Part shown: positions 19,897 to 30,351 of the stretch, in pieces
Layout of the letters: every line of letters starts with the position of its first letter
How positions within the stretch are numbered: the first letter of the stretch is position 1
Sequence record: OW849071.1
Length of the DNA: 64,000 nucleotides
Reading direction: 5' to 3' (one strand)
Source: a plasmid
Made by a program: the position numbers and the translations under genes
Notes under the pieces: model-generated
The model's database searches: none
The model's input: only the letters and a program-made list of their open reading frames with translations
What the model was told of the DNA's origin: nothing

Positions 19897-20091
19897 CTGG
19901 TTGCTGGAATGGGAAAGTAGCTGGTTACCGTCTTAACATATTGATTTTTATGTTATTTATTTTAATATTTAACATAATCTTTGTTATGCGCACCTGTATT
20001 GTCAGCACAAAGCGTTATTGTCGTCTCAGCACAATTCACACGCGTCGTGTACGCTAAGCCTTCATTTTGCTCAGCACAGGACCGCGATCTT

Positions 20092-21450
20092 ATGTTGGTG
20101 ACTATGACAGACAAAGAACTTTACCGGCTTGGCATCATTCAGCGAGTATTTGACCGGGCTTTGCTTCAGCGCGACGCAGCAGACATACTTAAGCTCAGTG
20201 TTCGTCAGGTGCAGCGTCTTGTGCGTCTGTACCGGACAGATGGCGCAACCGCATTTGCATCTTCCCGCCGTGGACGTCCTGCAAACAACCGGATCGATGA
20301 AGAAACACGCTGTAAAGCCCTGGATTTGATCCGGTGCCACTATTCAGATTTTGGCCCAACGCTCGCAACCGAAAAACTGGCTGAACGCCATCATATATAT
20401 CTCTCCGTTGAAACCATCCGTAACTGGATGACAGCCGACGGTCTCTGGCGTCCTCATTCCCGCCGGCGAACCCGGGTTTACCAGCCGCGCTATCGTCGCG
20501 ACTGTTTCGGCGAACTGGTTCAGATCGATGGCTCTCACCATGACTGGTTCGAAGGAAGAGCCCCAAAATGCTGTCTTCTGGTCTTCATGGATGACGCCAC
20601 AGGTCGCCTGATGCACCTGCGATTCTGTGATTCAGAAAACGCGTTTGACTACATGATGGCTACCCGGCAATACATTGATAAACATGGTAAACCTGTCGCA
20701 TTTTACAGCGACAAGCATGCGGTGTTCAGGGTCAGCGGACCCGAGAGCCGACGTACCGGCACAACCCAGTTCGGACGGGCTCTCCGGGAACTGGCGATCG
20801 AATTGATTTGTGCCAACAGCAGCCAGGCAAAAGGTCGCGTGGAACGGGTAAATAAAACGCTCCAGGATCGACTGATTAAAGAGATGCGCCTGCAGAACAT
20901 CAGCTCGGTTGCTGAAGCCAATCAGTGGATTGAACATTTCATGTCTGATTTTAACCGTCGTTTCTCCCGGCCGGCAAAATACCCTAAAGATCTGCACCGT
21001 GCGGTCACACAGAGTCCACTGGAGCTGAATGATATCTTCGCCTGGCAGGAGCTACGGACCTTATCGAAAGCACTGACTTTTCAGTATGATAAAGTCATGT
21101 ATATCATTGAACCCACCGAACAAAATACGCGCATAGCAGGTGAAAAAATTACCGTTTATGATTACCCTGACGGAAGCATTACTTTCCGGCATCAGCACCG
21201 GCCACTGGGTTATAAGATTTTCGATAAACTGACCTGCGTTGATCAGGGGGCGGTTGTTGATAACAAACGACTGGGTGCCGTTCTGAGGCTGGCACAGCAG
21301 AAACAGGACGAGCTGGAGGCTGAAGGAAAGCGAATGCGCAGTACAAAAATGCCCCGCAGGCGCGCTCAGGAGCGTGCACTGGAAGAGCTCAGGGCGATCA
21401 ACCCGGTGCTGGCCAGTCCGCAGGATTTTATCCCCAGCCTGAAGCGATGA
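20092..21450 (+). CDS. ISNCY-family (IS1202-group-like) transposase, full length
   Basis: ~450 aa. N-terminal HTH (QRVFDRALLQRDAADILKLSVRQVQRL) and a DDE core (GELVQIDGSHHDWF...). Boundaries of the element not determined. Confidence 0.65.
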   Translation: MLVTMTDKELYRLGIIQRVFDRALLQRDAADILKLSVRQVQRLVRLYRTDGATAFASSRRGRPANNRIDEETRCKALDLIRCHYSDFGPTLATEKLAERHHIYLSVETIRNWMTADGLWRPHSRRRTRVYQPRYRRDCFGELVQIDGSHHDWFEGRAPKCCLLVFMDDATGRLMHLRFCDSENAFDYMMATRQYIDKHGKPVAFYSDKHAVFRVSGPESRRTGTTQFGRALRELAIELICANSSQAKGRVERVNKTLQDRLIKEMRLQNISSVAEANQWIEHFMSDFNRRFSRPAKYPKDLHRAVTQSPLELNDIFAWQELRTLSKALTFQYDKVMYIIEPTEQNTRIAGEKITVYDYPDGSITFRHQHRPLGYKIFDKLTCVDQGAVVDNKRLGAVLRLAQQKQDELEAEGKRMRSTKMPRRRAQERALEELRAINPVLASPQDFIPSLKR

Positions 21451-21498
21451 GCCCTTCCCTCACCTGTGGATCTGATATGGCCGACAGATGAGAGAAAA

Positions 21499-21894
21499 AT
21501 GGACGACAACAAACCAGTGCTCCTGACACTTCACGAAGCGCTACGCCTGGATTTGATTGAAGCCTATATGGCGCGGGAAATCACGCTGGCAGAAGTGGCA
21601 GAGTCCATGGAGCTCACCCGTCGTCAGTGCTCCCGCCTGATTAAGCGCTATCGCGAGCTGGGGCCAGCCGGTCTGGTCAGCCGGCGCCGTGGAAAGCCCG
21701 GCAATCATCAGTTAAACACCACCATCAGAGATCAGGCACTGCAGCTTATTCGCTCACGCGGCCGGGGTATGAATCCGTCAGCCATCTGGCGAATTCTGAC
21801 CACAGAATACGGTGTCCGGATTTCAAAAGAGACCGTACGTAAACTGATGATAGCCGAGAAAACCTGGCAACCACGTTCTTCCTCCAAAGCCTGA
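21499..21894 (+). pseudogene. N-terminal fragment of a second, paralogous ISNCY-family transposase
   Basis: Alignable to the first ~125 aa of the upstream transposase (LHEALRLDLIEAYMAREITLAEVAESMELTRRQCSRLIKRYRELGPAGLVSRRRGKPGNHQL...). It ends where the IS3-family element begins. Confidence 0.6.
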
Positions 21895-21949
21895 CTCAAC
21901 CTTAAAAAGGCATTGTCCAGACTCTCCACTGACGTCAGGTCAGCTTTGT

Positions 21950-23383
21950 TTTCAGCACGACATTTCAACATTGGCTAGACATGTATTGTAGGGGCTCAAT
22001 GCTAATGTCTATTAGGGGGCTGCGGATGTTTTCCTGGACTGTTATGTTGTGATCCCAAGATGCTGCCGGTACTTCACAGGACTCATTGCACCTAATGATA
22101 GCTTGATACGTTTCTCGTTATACCAGCGTATGTACCTGTCCAGGAAGCAGATAAATTTTTCCAGCGTGATACCCGCCCAGTCTCTGCCATAGAACATTTC
22201 GTTTTTGATACGCCCGAAGAAGCCTTCACACGCAGCATTATCCGACGAGCATCCTTTGCGCGACATGGACCTTATAAGTCCGGAGGTGTTGATACGCTCG
22301 AGCCAGCCCGGCCACCGGTAATGGCCACCACGATCGCTGTGTATCACTGGTTTATCATGTTCGTTGAGCGTATCGAGTGCGTCATCGAGCATCGTATTCA
22401 CCAGCGTCGCGTCCGGGCGTGTTCCTATCGACCAGCTTACAACCAGGCCATCAAAGCAGTCGATAACCGGCGACAGATAGACTTTTCCAGCCGGAAGCTG
22501 GAACTCCGTAATATCGGTCAGCCACTTCTCATTTGGCCTGCAGGAACTAAAATCCCGGGCGAGTAAATTTTCCGGTGCCGGGCCGATTTCGCCACAGTAA
22601 GAGTTGTATCGTCGTCGCCTGGTGCGCTTAACAACGAGCTGCTCTTCTGCCATCAGTCTGCGGACAACCTTTTCAGAAATAACCCTGTTGTTACCGCGAA
22701 GCATCGCGTGAAGGCGCCGATAGTCGTAACAGCGGTAATTCTCCTCAAAGATATCGGCCATGATCACGCGTATTTCCGCATACTTATCGTACAGACGTTT
22801 TGGTAAAAATAACAGCTGCGGGCAAGTTGCAGAACGCTTAGCAACTCAGCAACGGGGTACTTTTTCTTAAGGGCATCAACTATCAGGGTTTTCTCCCTGT
22901 TTTTCAGTTTCAGAAAGCTGACGCCCAGATCTTTTTTTATCAGTTCATTCGCCTTTGTCAGTATGTCACGTTCGAGCTGCAGCTGATGAACCTGCTTCCT
23001 GAGACGCTGGATTTCACCGAGTAAAGCATCCTGATTTTTATCCTGAGGGGCTGACTTTCGTTTGCGCATGGATTGATAAGCCTCGTCACTGATAAGGTCT
23101 TTCTTCCATTTGTACAGGACCGGGACGCTGACGCCTATGCTTTGTGCAACTTTACGCGCGGTTCCACGTCGGTTACAGAGCTCCCGGACGGCCTGAGACC
23201 TCTCTTCCGGGCTGAAGCATTTGTTTCGTGGGGACTGAACCAGGCTTCGATGGCGGGCAGGAACTGCCACAGCAGCATGAGTGCGGCGATGCAGCCAGTG
23301 ATGACGAGCCAGCGCCGGATGAATCGATCCGGCTCCGGGCGGCTGTAGGGGTCGGGTAGGTCACGTCATTCTCCATGTTGAAA
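21950..23383 (-). mobile_element. IS3-family insertion sequence (IS150-like orfA/orfB), approximate ends
   Basis: orfA 22764..23270 (HTH KVAQSIGVSVPVLYKWKK and leucine zipper). orfB 22042..22767 (DDE integrase core LTDITEF...HSDRGGHY...SMSRKGCSSDNAACEGFFG). The ORFs overlap in the -1 arrangement. orfA unusually also carries the orfB N-terminal motif (YPVAELLSVLQLARSCYFY). Confidence 0.7.
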
Positions 23384-24346
23384 TCAGCGCCAAAGGCCGC
23401 CAGTGCGCCAGCGTGGCGGACGTGGTGATACGGTCACTTCGGGGTCGAAACGGGCCGATGGAAACGGCGGCATCGCGGGCGGCGGAGCTAGTTCTAGCAA
23501 GCGCTCAATGCGTTCAGCCGTCGCTGGATGCGTGCGCAACCAGGAGGGTTCCGGATTGCCCCATCCGGGCAGCAGCCAGGCGCGCCAGGAGCGGCTCACC
23601 CGCTCGATCTTGGCGAGCGCTGAGGCCAGCCCGTGCGGGTCGCCGGTCAATTCGGCAGCGAGCCGGTCGGCGTCGAATTCGCGCACCCTGGACAAGCCCA
23701 ACTGAGCCAGCAAGGCCAGCTGTGGCGCGACCGCAAGTAGAAGCAACGCGGGCCAATTGACTTCCGTGACTCCAAGCAATAGCGTTGGCAAACTGAGCAC
23801 GATCGCAAGCTGCCCCAACAAGGCCAGAAGATGGGTGAGCCGGCTGATGGAATCGGCCAAGCCCATGACACGCAAATCCTCGTTCGCAATATGCGCGATT
23901 TCGTGGCCGAGCACGCCGGTCAACTCGCGGGGCGTGAGGCTACGCAGCAGGCCGTCGGTCAGCGCGATGGCCGCGTGATGCTTCGAACCGGTGGCGAAGG
24001 CGTTGACGACCCCGCTGGGCACGTAGTGCGGTACCGGCACGGTAGGCAGCCCGGCCCGCGCCGCCAGTTCGCGCAACACAGCCCAAAGATCGGGCGCTTC
24101 ATCCGGGTGCAGGGGGCGTGCGCCATACAGCCGCAAGGTCAGCCCGGAGGCGGCCGCCGGTTCAAGCAGCAGGGTGAACCCCGCAGCCGCAAGCGCCAGC
24201 CAAAGCCCGCCGTCACCCAACAGCAGGCTGCCAGCGACGGCGGCAATTCCGAGCAGGGTCAGCACCAACAGCACGGTTTGCAGGCGATTGTGCCAGCGAT
24301 GCCGCGCGCCGACATTCTGCGCGTGGCGCAGATCACGACTGATCAT
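23384..24346 (-). CDS. htpX: M48-family zinc metalloprotease (HtpX-like), as found in the locus of heat resistance
   Basis: HEIAH zinc-binding motif (GVLGHEIAHIANEDL) and TM segments. High GC. N-terminal start ambiguous (24346 vs 24427). Confidence 0.7.
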   Translation of the reverse strand: MISRDLRHAQNVGARHRWHNRLQTVLLVLTLLGIAAVAGSLLLGDGGLWLALAAAGFTLLLEPAAASGLTLRLYGARPLHPDEAPDLWAVLRELAARAGLPTVPVPHYVPSGVVNAFATGSKHHAAIALTDGLLRSLTPRELTGVLGHEIAHIANEDLRVMGLADSISRLTHLLALLGQLAIVLSLPTLLLGVTEVNWPALLLLAVAPQLALLAQLGLSRVREFDADRLAAELTGDPHGLASALAKIERVSRSWRAWLLPGWGNPEPSWLRTHPATAERIERLLELAPPPAMPPFPSARFDPEVTVSPRPPRWRTGGLWR

Positions 24347-24821
24347 CTGAGCTTTCCCCGGCTGTCCGGTCATCGCGCTCGCGCAGCAGCCAGTAAGTCG
24401 CCCCGAGGGCCAGTGTCGCGCCTGCAAGCGCCGCGACCTTGGCGGGGCCGGTCTCCGGGTCGAGGATCACGAATTTACGCGCCAGGGCGATCAGCCCGAT
24501 CAGGATCACCGTCTTGACCTGGATGATGCTGTCGCGCCGCAAGGCCACCCTCACGATGGAATGCTTGAACTCCATGGCAATGAGCAGCGTCATGATCATG
24601 CCGAACACGGTCTGGAAGACCTTGTGATCGAGCGGATTGAATGCATCAATGATCAGCAGGCTGAAGACGATCGAGATCAGCTGCAGCAGCGAGACCACGA
24701 TGATAACGGCAATGATTGCGGACAGCGCGAGCGCGATCACCTGTTCAAAGCGCTCGTAGAACGTCATCACTGCCCATTGGGCGCGAAATGTTTTGATCGG
24801 GTCTGCTTGCTTTTCCTTCAT
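24333..24821 (-). CDS. psiE: PsiE-family inner-membrane protein (phosphate-starvation-inducible E-like)
   Basis: ~160 aa, 4 TM, with a PsiE-like sequence (FERFEQVIALALSAIIAVIIVVSLLQL...). Its start is fused in frame to an upstream GGDEF remnant. Confidence 0.55.
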   Translation of the reverse strand: MKEKQADPIKTFRAQWAVMTFYERFEQVIALALSAIIAVIIVVSLLQLISIVFSLLIIDAFNPLDHKVFQTVFGMIMTLLIAMEFKHSIVRVALRRDSIIQVKTVILIGLIALARKFVILDPETGPAKVAALAGATLALGATYWLLRERDDRTAGESSDDQS

Positions 24822-25230
24822 CGCCACTCCTCTCAATTCTGAAATACTTGTGCGCCCACAACTTGGTTGCACCCTTGTCTTTTTTGCCTGGTAGAGCGCG
24901 CTGTCCGCCTGCAGCATCACCTGCTCGACAGAGTGCAAACGGGGGTCAAGGAGAGCCCCCCCCATGCTGGCGCTATAGCTGATCGACACCTCTCCACACA
25001 CCACCGCTGTCGCCGCAGTGTCCTGACGAAATCGCTCCGCCCATACTTGGGCGCCTTCTATCGATGCCGCTTCCAACAACACAGCGAATTCCTCCCCCCA
25101 ATCCGGGCAGCCATGTCGGTTGCGCGAACATGTTCCCTCAACCGTGAAGCAAAGGGGTCGGTGATCACCATACGCAGCAACTGCTGCTCTATTTCCTTGC
25201 GAGAAGAGATGTCGAACAGAGTACCGACTA
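24822..25230 (-). pseudogene. Remnant of a GGDEF (diguanylate cyclase) domain
   Basis: The minus-strand frame encodes ...DWGEEFAVLLEAASIEGAQVWAERFRQ...LQADSALYQAKKT, i.e. a GG(D/E)EF-like A-site and the C-terminus of a GGDEF domain. No N-terminal part or start codon. Confidence 0.5.
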
Positions 25231-25516
25231 TCAGTTGCCTGCCCGCGTCACCCAGCCATGGGCCTTGTTCCTCGAAAGTCGAGTTGCCAGAGGATCAGGT
25301 GAACAGATGGGCCGCGCCGTCACGCGAACGGATGGCCAGCGAGCGGGAGGGCAGTGCCGCCGCTGATGAGCAGTCCCCACGGCGTGGCCGACTGCTCATC
25401 ACGCTTGTAGACGCCCGCGTGACCTGCGGCCACGACCGCCACCGCGATCGAGGCCAGGGAGGCTGCCCATGCCAGTGCCAGGCCGATGGGGTCGGACACG
25501 GCAGCCTCGCCCGCCA

Positions 25517-28312
25517 TCAAGATGCGTCACTCGCCTTCGCGGCATCCGGCTGCTCCGGCTCGGCCGGGGTCTGCGGTGGCTCTTTGCGTTCGAACACCAC
25601 GCGTTCGGCCTTGTCGTCCCAGCGTGCGCTGGCGTGATCGCCCTTGCCGATGCCGCCGCCGAGCATCTCGCGCGCCAGCGCAGTTTCCAGCTCGCTGCGG
25701 ATCAGGCGCTTGAGTTCACGCGCACCGAACTCGGGCTTGTAGCCTTCTTCCGCGAAATGGTCGATCAGCGTCTGATCGAAAGTGAGCGTCACGCCCTGGC
25801 TGGCGGCGCTGCGCGCCACGCGATCGAGCTGCAGGCCGACGATGTGGCGGATCTCCTCCTTGCCCAGCGCATGGAAGACGATGATCTCGTCGATGCGGTT
25901 GAGGAACTCGGGCCGGAAATGGCCGCGCAGCACGTCCATGACTCCGGCCTTGGTCTTTTCGTACTCCTCGCCGGCCGCCCCGCGCGCCTTCAGCCGTCGC
26001 TGGATGATGTCCGAACCCAGGTTGGACGTGGCGATGATGATGGTGTTGGTGAAATCCACCACCCGGCCCTTGCCGTCGGTGAGGCGACCGTCGTCGAACA
26101 CTTGCAGCAGGATGTTGTATACGTCAGGGTGTGCCTTCTCGATCTCGTCGAGCAGCAGCACGCTGTAGGGCTTGCGCCGCACCTTCTCGGTGAGCTGACC
26201 GCCTTCGTCGTAACCGACATAGCCCGGAGGCGCGCCCACCAATCGCGCCACGGTATGGCGTTCGCCATATTCCGACATGTCGATGCGCAACAGGGCGTGC
26301 TCATCGCCGTAGATCGATTCGGCCAATGCCTTGGCGAGCTCGGTCTTGCCCACCCCGGTCGGGCCCAGAAACAGGAAGGTAGCCACCGGTTTGCTGCCTT
26401 CACGCAGGCCGGCGCGGGACAGCCGCACGGCATCGGCCACGGCACGGACCGCCTCGTCTTGTCCCACCAGGCGCTCGTGCAGCCGTTGTTCCAAGTGCAG
26501 CAGCTTTTCGCGCTCTTCCACCGTCAACTCGTTGACCGGGATGCCGGTCAGGCGCGAGACGATCTGCGCCACGTGTTCCGCCTTGACCTCGGCACTGCCG
26601 GAGGCCCGCTCCCGCTCCCAGTCCTCGACGAGCTTCTTGAGCTCGGCCTCCTTGGCTTCGATGCGCTTCCCGAGCTCGGCGGCCTGGTCGTACTGCTTGC
26701 GCGCGGCCACGTAATCCTGTTCACGCCGCAGCTGGTGCAGTTCGGACTCCAGCTCCTGCACGGCCACCGGCCGGGCCGTGGCCGACAGCTTCACGCGCGC
26801 GGCCGCCTGGTCGAGCAAGTCGATTGCCTTGTCCGGCAGGAAGCGCGCCGTGATGTAGCGGTCGGACAACTCGGCCGCCGCGATGATCGCGTCCTCGGAG
26901 ATGCTGACCTTGTGGTGCGCCTCGAAGGTGTCGCGCAGGCCGCGCAGAATCATGATGGCCTGGGCCACCGTCGGCTCGGGTACCGTCACCGGCTGGAAGC
27001 GCCGCTCCAGTGCGGCATCCTTCTCGATGTATTTCTGGTACTCGTTCAGCGTCGTGGCGCCGATCAGGTTGAGTTCACCGCGCGCCATCATCGGTTTGAA
27101 CACGTTGGCCACGTCCAGCCCGCCTTCGCCACCGCCCTGGCCGGCACCGACGATGGTGTGCACCTCGTCGATGAACAAAATCAGCTCGCCCTGGTGCTCG
27201 GTCACCTCCTTCAGCACCTTCTGCACGCGCTCCTCGAACTCGCCGCGATATTTGGCGCCGGCCACCATGGCGTTGATGTTGAGTTCCACCAGGCGCTTGT
27301 CGCGCAAGGTCTCGGGCACTTCACCCGCCACCATGCGCTGCGCCAGCCCTTCGACGATGGCGGTCTTGCCCACACCCGGCTCGCCGATCAGCACCGGGTT
27401 GTTCTTCTTGCGCCGGGCCAGCACCTCGATGGTGGTTTCGATCTCCTGCGCGCGGCCGATCACCGGGTCGAGCTTGCCGTCGCGCGCCATCTTGGTCAGG
27501 TCGCGCGAGTACTTGTCGAGTTCTGGCGTGTTGGTCGGCGTCTCAGCGCGGCCATCCTCGGCGCCCTTGCCGACCACCTTGCTGACCTGTTGGCGCAGCG
27601 CCTGCGGCGTCAGGCCGTAGCGGCGCAGCAGGTTGGCGGCCAGCCCTTCGCCTTCCTCAGCCAGACCGATCAGGAAATGCTCTGGACCGACATAAGAATG
27701 GCCGAGTTCATTGGAGGCCACGAAGGCGCGGCTGAGCGCATCCTTCACGCGCGGCGACACGCCGATCTCGCCCTCGAAGGGCTTGTCCCCGCGCTTGGCC
27801 TCAGACTCGATCTGCCGCTTGAGGTCATCGACCTTGATCTTGAACTGACCCAGGATGGTCTTGACCACGTCGCTGTCGGCCAGCGCCAGCAGCAGATGTT
27901 CGGTATCCACCTCGGAGCGGCCAAATTCGGCAGCGTGTTTGGCGGCCTCCTGCAGCAAGGCTTCCGACTGTTCGCTGATGCGGCTGGCCAGCCCACTGCC
28001 GCGACGGCGCGGCGCACCCGAACCTGCGGCGGCGGGCTCGCCAAACGAGGCATCGACCACGTCATCGGTATCGGCGGCAACTGGCGTCGCGTCGTCGCCG
28101 ATGCGGAAGAAGTCACTGCCGAGGAAGTCCTCGAACAGGCCGCTGCGCGAGCCGAACAAGGCTTCCAGCGGCGAAACGGTGCGCTTTTGCTGGCGCACTA
28201 ATTGCCGGTAATGGTCGTCGCACAACAGCATGGTGCTGTGACGACCGTTGAGATTGGCTTCCACCCGCACGGTGGCGGGTTGGCCGCAGACCTGGCATTG
28301 TTTTCTGGCCAT
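25517..28312 (-). CDS. clpK: ClpK/ClpG-type AAA+ disaggregase (Clp ATPase of the heat-resistance locus)
   Basis: Starts [18 protein letters not shown] (N-terminal zinc-finger-like extension). Two AAA+ modules with Walker A GEPGVGKT and GPTGVGKT. ~931 aa. Very high GC. Confidence 0.9.
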   Translation of the reverse strand: MARKQCQVCGQPATVRVEANLNGRHSTMLLCDDHYRQLVRQQKRTVSPLEALFGSRSGLFEDFLGSDFFRIGDDATPVAADTDDVVDASFGEPAAAGSGAPRRRGSGLASRISEQSEALLQEAAKHAAEFGRSEVDTEHLLLALADSDVVKTILGQFKIKVDDLKRQIESEAKRGDKPFEGEIGVSPRVKDALSRAFVASNELGHSYVGPEHFLIGLAEEGEGLAANLLRRYGLTPQALRQQVSKVVGKGAEDGRAETPTNTPELDKYSRDLTKMARDGKLDPVIGRAQEIETTIEVLARRKKNNPVLIGEPGVGKTAIVEGLAQRMVAGEVPETLRDKRLVELNINAMVAGAKYRGEFEERVQKVLKEVTEHQGELILFIDEVHTIVGAGQGGGEGGLDVANVFKPMMARGELNLIGATTLNEYQKYIEKDAALERRFQPVTVPEPTVAQAIMILRGLRDTFEAHHKVSISEDAIIAAAELSDRYITARFLPDKAIDLLDQAAARVKLSATARPVAVQELESELHQLRREQDYVAARKQYDQAAELGKRIEAKEAELKKLVEDWERERASGSAEVKAEHVAQIVSRLTGIPVNELTVEEREKLLHLEQRLHERLVGQDEAVRAVADAVRLSRAGLREGSKPVATFLFLGPTGVGKTELAKALAESIYGDEHALLRIDMSEYGERHTVARLVGAPPGYVGYDEGGQLTEKVRRKPYSVLLLDEIEKAHPDVYNILLQVFDDGRLTDGKGRVVDFTNTIIIATSNLGSDIIQRRLKARGAAGEEYEKTKAGVMDVLRGHFRPEFLNRIDEIIVFHALGKEEIRHIVGLQLDRVARSAASQGVTLTFDQTLIDHFAEEGYKPEFGARELKRLIRSELETALAREMLGGGIGKGDHASARWDDKAERVVFERKEPPQTPAEPEQPDAAKASDAS

Positions 28313-28327
28313 GCTGATGCTCCTGAG

Positions 28328-28362
28328 AAGGTTGACAAGGTTGACAAGGTTGACAAGGTTGA
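28328..28362. repeat. Tandem 9-bp repeat (AAGGTTGAC, ~3.9 copies) in the clpK 5' leader
   Basis: Read directly: aaggttgac aaggttgac aaggttgac aaggttga. Located 16-50 nt upstream of the clpK ATG. It is followed upstream by a GC hairpin (GACGAGGC...GCCTCGTC, 28363-28400) downstream of sHsp. Confidence 0.85.
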
Positions 28363-28435
28363 GGCGACGAGGCATCGCGAACCGCGACGCCTCGTCTCGT
28401 GCCGGGTTTTTCTTGTGACGAACGAGCCGGCGACG

Positions 28436-29005
28436 TCAGCCGTTGATCGGGATCGAGCGTCCCTGCTTCGGCGCGCTGACCTCGCGCTTGTCGATCGTGA
28501 CCGTGAGCACCCCGTTCTTGAACGATGCTTTGATCGAATCCTGGTTGGCGTCGTCAGGCAGGTTCAAGGCACGCTGAAAGCTGCCGTAGGAGCGCTCCAC
28601 ACGGTGGAAGCCACCTTCCTTCTTCTCCTGTTCCTGGCGCTTCTCGCCACGCACCATCAGCACGTCGTTGTCGAGAGTGATCTGGATGTCCTTCTCCTCG
28701 ACACCGGGCACTTCCAGGGCAATCTTGTACTGCTTGTCGGTTTCCTGGATGTCCAGGGCCGGCTTCAGCATGCCCGACCAATCGGATGGCCACTGCGGCA
28801 TGTTCAACGCCGGAAAACCGAAGCCCCGGAATGCGTCATCGAACAGCCGGTCGATTTCCCGATGCAGTTGCAGGATCGGGCTGACTGGCCCGCTCGCCGC
28901 TGGCAGGTCATTGCGCTGCACCGGCAGGGAAGAGACGGTCTGCTGCTCTTGCTGCTCGTTCTTGAACCAGTTCCAGGGAGCCAACTTCTTGAAATCGATG
29001 TCCAT
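28436..29005 (-). CDS. Small heat-shock protein (Hsp20/alpha-crystallin family)
   Basis: 189 aa with an alpha-crystallin domain (YKIALEVPGVEEKDIQITLDNDVLMVRGEKR...). Immediately upstream of clpK, as in the LHR. Confidence 0.9.
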   Translation of the reverse strand: MDIDFKKLAPWNWFKNEQQEQQTVSSLPVQRNDLPAASGPVSPILQLHREIDRLFDDAFRGFGFPALNMPQWPSDWSGMLKPALDIQETDKQYKIALEVPGVEEKDIQITLDNDVLMVRGEKRQEQEKKEGGFHRVERSYGSFQRALNLPDDANQDSIKASFKNGVLTVTIDKREVSAPKQGRSIPING

Positions 29006-29039
29006 GTCATACCTCCAGAAAAATTGGAAAACGAGTTAC

Positions 29040-29321
29040 TCAAGCCCTTTGCCTGCTGTGACGGGCAGTGCGCCCAGGCGACACGGGCTGCTCGGATGAC
29101 TTCTGCTGTTCACGCTTGCGCATCACCTCCTTCTTTGCTGCGGCTCGGGTCTGATCATTGATCCACTGATCGATTTCACTTTGAGGAAACCGCCACGTCC
29201 CGCCCACCTTGAAAGCCGGAATTTCCCCGTGCGCGGCGAGCCGATAAAGCGTCCGCTTGCCGACTTTCAAGTACGCAGCCAATTCATCGAGCGTGAAAAT
29301 CACCTGTAGGTGCGCTTTCAT
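29040..29321 (-). CDS. Small HTH DNA-binding protein (AlpA/excisionase-like), LHR orf1-type
   Basis: 93 aa. HTH LDELAAYLKVGKRTLYRLAAHGEIPAFKVGGTWRF. Confidence 0.7.
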   Translation of the reverse strand: MKAHLQVIFTLDELAAYLKVGKRTLYRLAAHGEIPAFKVGGTWRFPQSEIDQWINDQTRAAAKKEVMRKREQQKSSEQPVSPGRTARHSRQRA

Positions 29322-29342
29322 CCCTGTAGGTGCGCTTTCATC
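29303..29342. repeat. Perfect 20-bp tandem duplication (CCTGTAGGTGCGCTTTCATC x2) spanning the orf1 start codon
   Basis: Units at 29303-29322 and 29323-29342. On the coding strand this duplicates ATGAAAGCGCACCTACAGG. That creates an upstream out-of-frame mini-ORF (MKAHLQG-stop) whose TGA overlaps the genuine ATG. Confidence 0.9.
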
Positions 29343-29839
29343 TCACCCTCTCCAATCGCGTCGCTTTGCGGTTCCGGCCAAGGAAATCCTTGTAATACTT
29401 TGTAAGATATTACGCTTACCATGACAGCCTTCAAGAGTCAATGTACAGCGTTCTCCCGCCCCATTGATGCAGGTCAACTGCTCAGGCAAGGCGCAGCGGG
29501 GCGGTCTGATCAGGCAATGGACAGCGCCTGGCTCGTCAGCCTGCGTGTACCACAGGCGCCTCGATCAAACACCGATCCTCACGTTGTAGCCGAGTGCCCG
29601 CAGCCCCTTGCTCGTCTGCATGTTCCTTGGCGGAAACTCGTCTGGGCGCGCCCAGACGACGATTTCCCCGAGGCTGCTCAGGCTAACGTGCGGAATTGCC
29701 CAGTCGTCGCTGCGGATCGCGTTCCAGAGTCGGGCCGAAACACTTCCGTTGCCCCAGACAACGTAGTTCAACAGTATCCGTCCGGCCAACACACCTTCCC
29801 GACACCGCCGCCGAAGGCCATGGCCCATCAAGCGGATTT

Positions 29840-30170
29840 TCCATGCGCCCTCAGCGCCGTACCTACAGCAAATCTTTCAAGGCTCAGGTCATTCAGGAGT
29901 GTTCTGAACCCGGTGCCTCCATCGCAAACATCGCCTTGGGCTACAGCCTCAATGCCAACCTCGACCACAAATGGATTCGGCTGCCTACCCAGAAAACCAC
30001 GGCTATCCAGCCAGCGTTCATCCCGTTGCCTTCTCAAATGCTCGGCGTGGGTTCGCATACTCAAGCGCGCTGCTGCGATCATGAGTTTGATCCAGTCGGC
30101 CCGTAATAATGGGCACGATCCGTATGCCTATCTCAAGGATGTGCTGACACGGTTGCCGTCCCTGTAACAG
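29840..30170 (+). pseudogene. IS66-family remnant (tnpA-like HTH fragment joined to the C-terminus of tnpC)
   Basis: RRTYSKSFKAQVIQECSEPGASIANIALGYSLNANLDHKWIR is tnpA-like. A different frame ends ...IMSLIQSARNNGHDPYAYLKDVLTRLP, which is the characteristic IS66 TnpC C-terminus. The middle of the element is missing. Confidence 0.55.
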
Positions 30171-30351
30171 CCTGAAGTTGACCTGGGTAATCAAATACCG
30201 GTGTAGTGATTAGGAAACAGGGCTCGGATAACATCATGGCGCAGGTCACCCTGATCTTGACCCTCCATCTCCGAACAGCTTTTGTATCTTAAGTTAACGA
30301 TGTCCGCTGCCGGTATTCCCTCGGGGAGTGATATCCCAGCGCGCTGTGCGG

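Noticed and set aside
25469-28201. 910-aa plus-strand ORF (and several 100-250 aa ORFs on both strands between 23400 and 28300)
   Set aside because: These are antisense to, or out of frame with, clpK and the htpX-like gene. They are low-complexity Ala/Arg/Gly-rich translations typical of spurious ORFs in high-GC coding DNA. The minus-strand genes have clear domain architecture.
28313-28375. N-terminal extension MPRRLNLVNLVNLVNLLRSIS on the clpK ORF
   Set aside because: The LVNLVNLVNL is the translation of the 9-bp tandem repeat in the leader. The genuine start is the downstream [10 protein letters not shown], which has its own AGGAG.
30297-30350. Possible degenerate IS1 left inverted repeat upstream of copy 1
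   Set aside because: Only scattered matches (GATG...CTGCC) to the 23-bp IS1 IRL. The sequence is not convincingly IS1, so the copy is described as 5'-divergent/truncated rather than complete.
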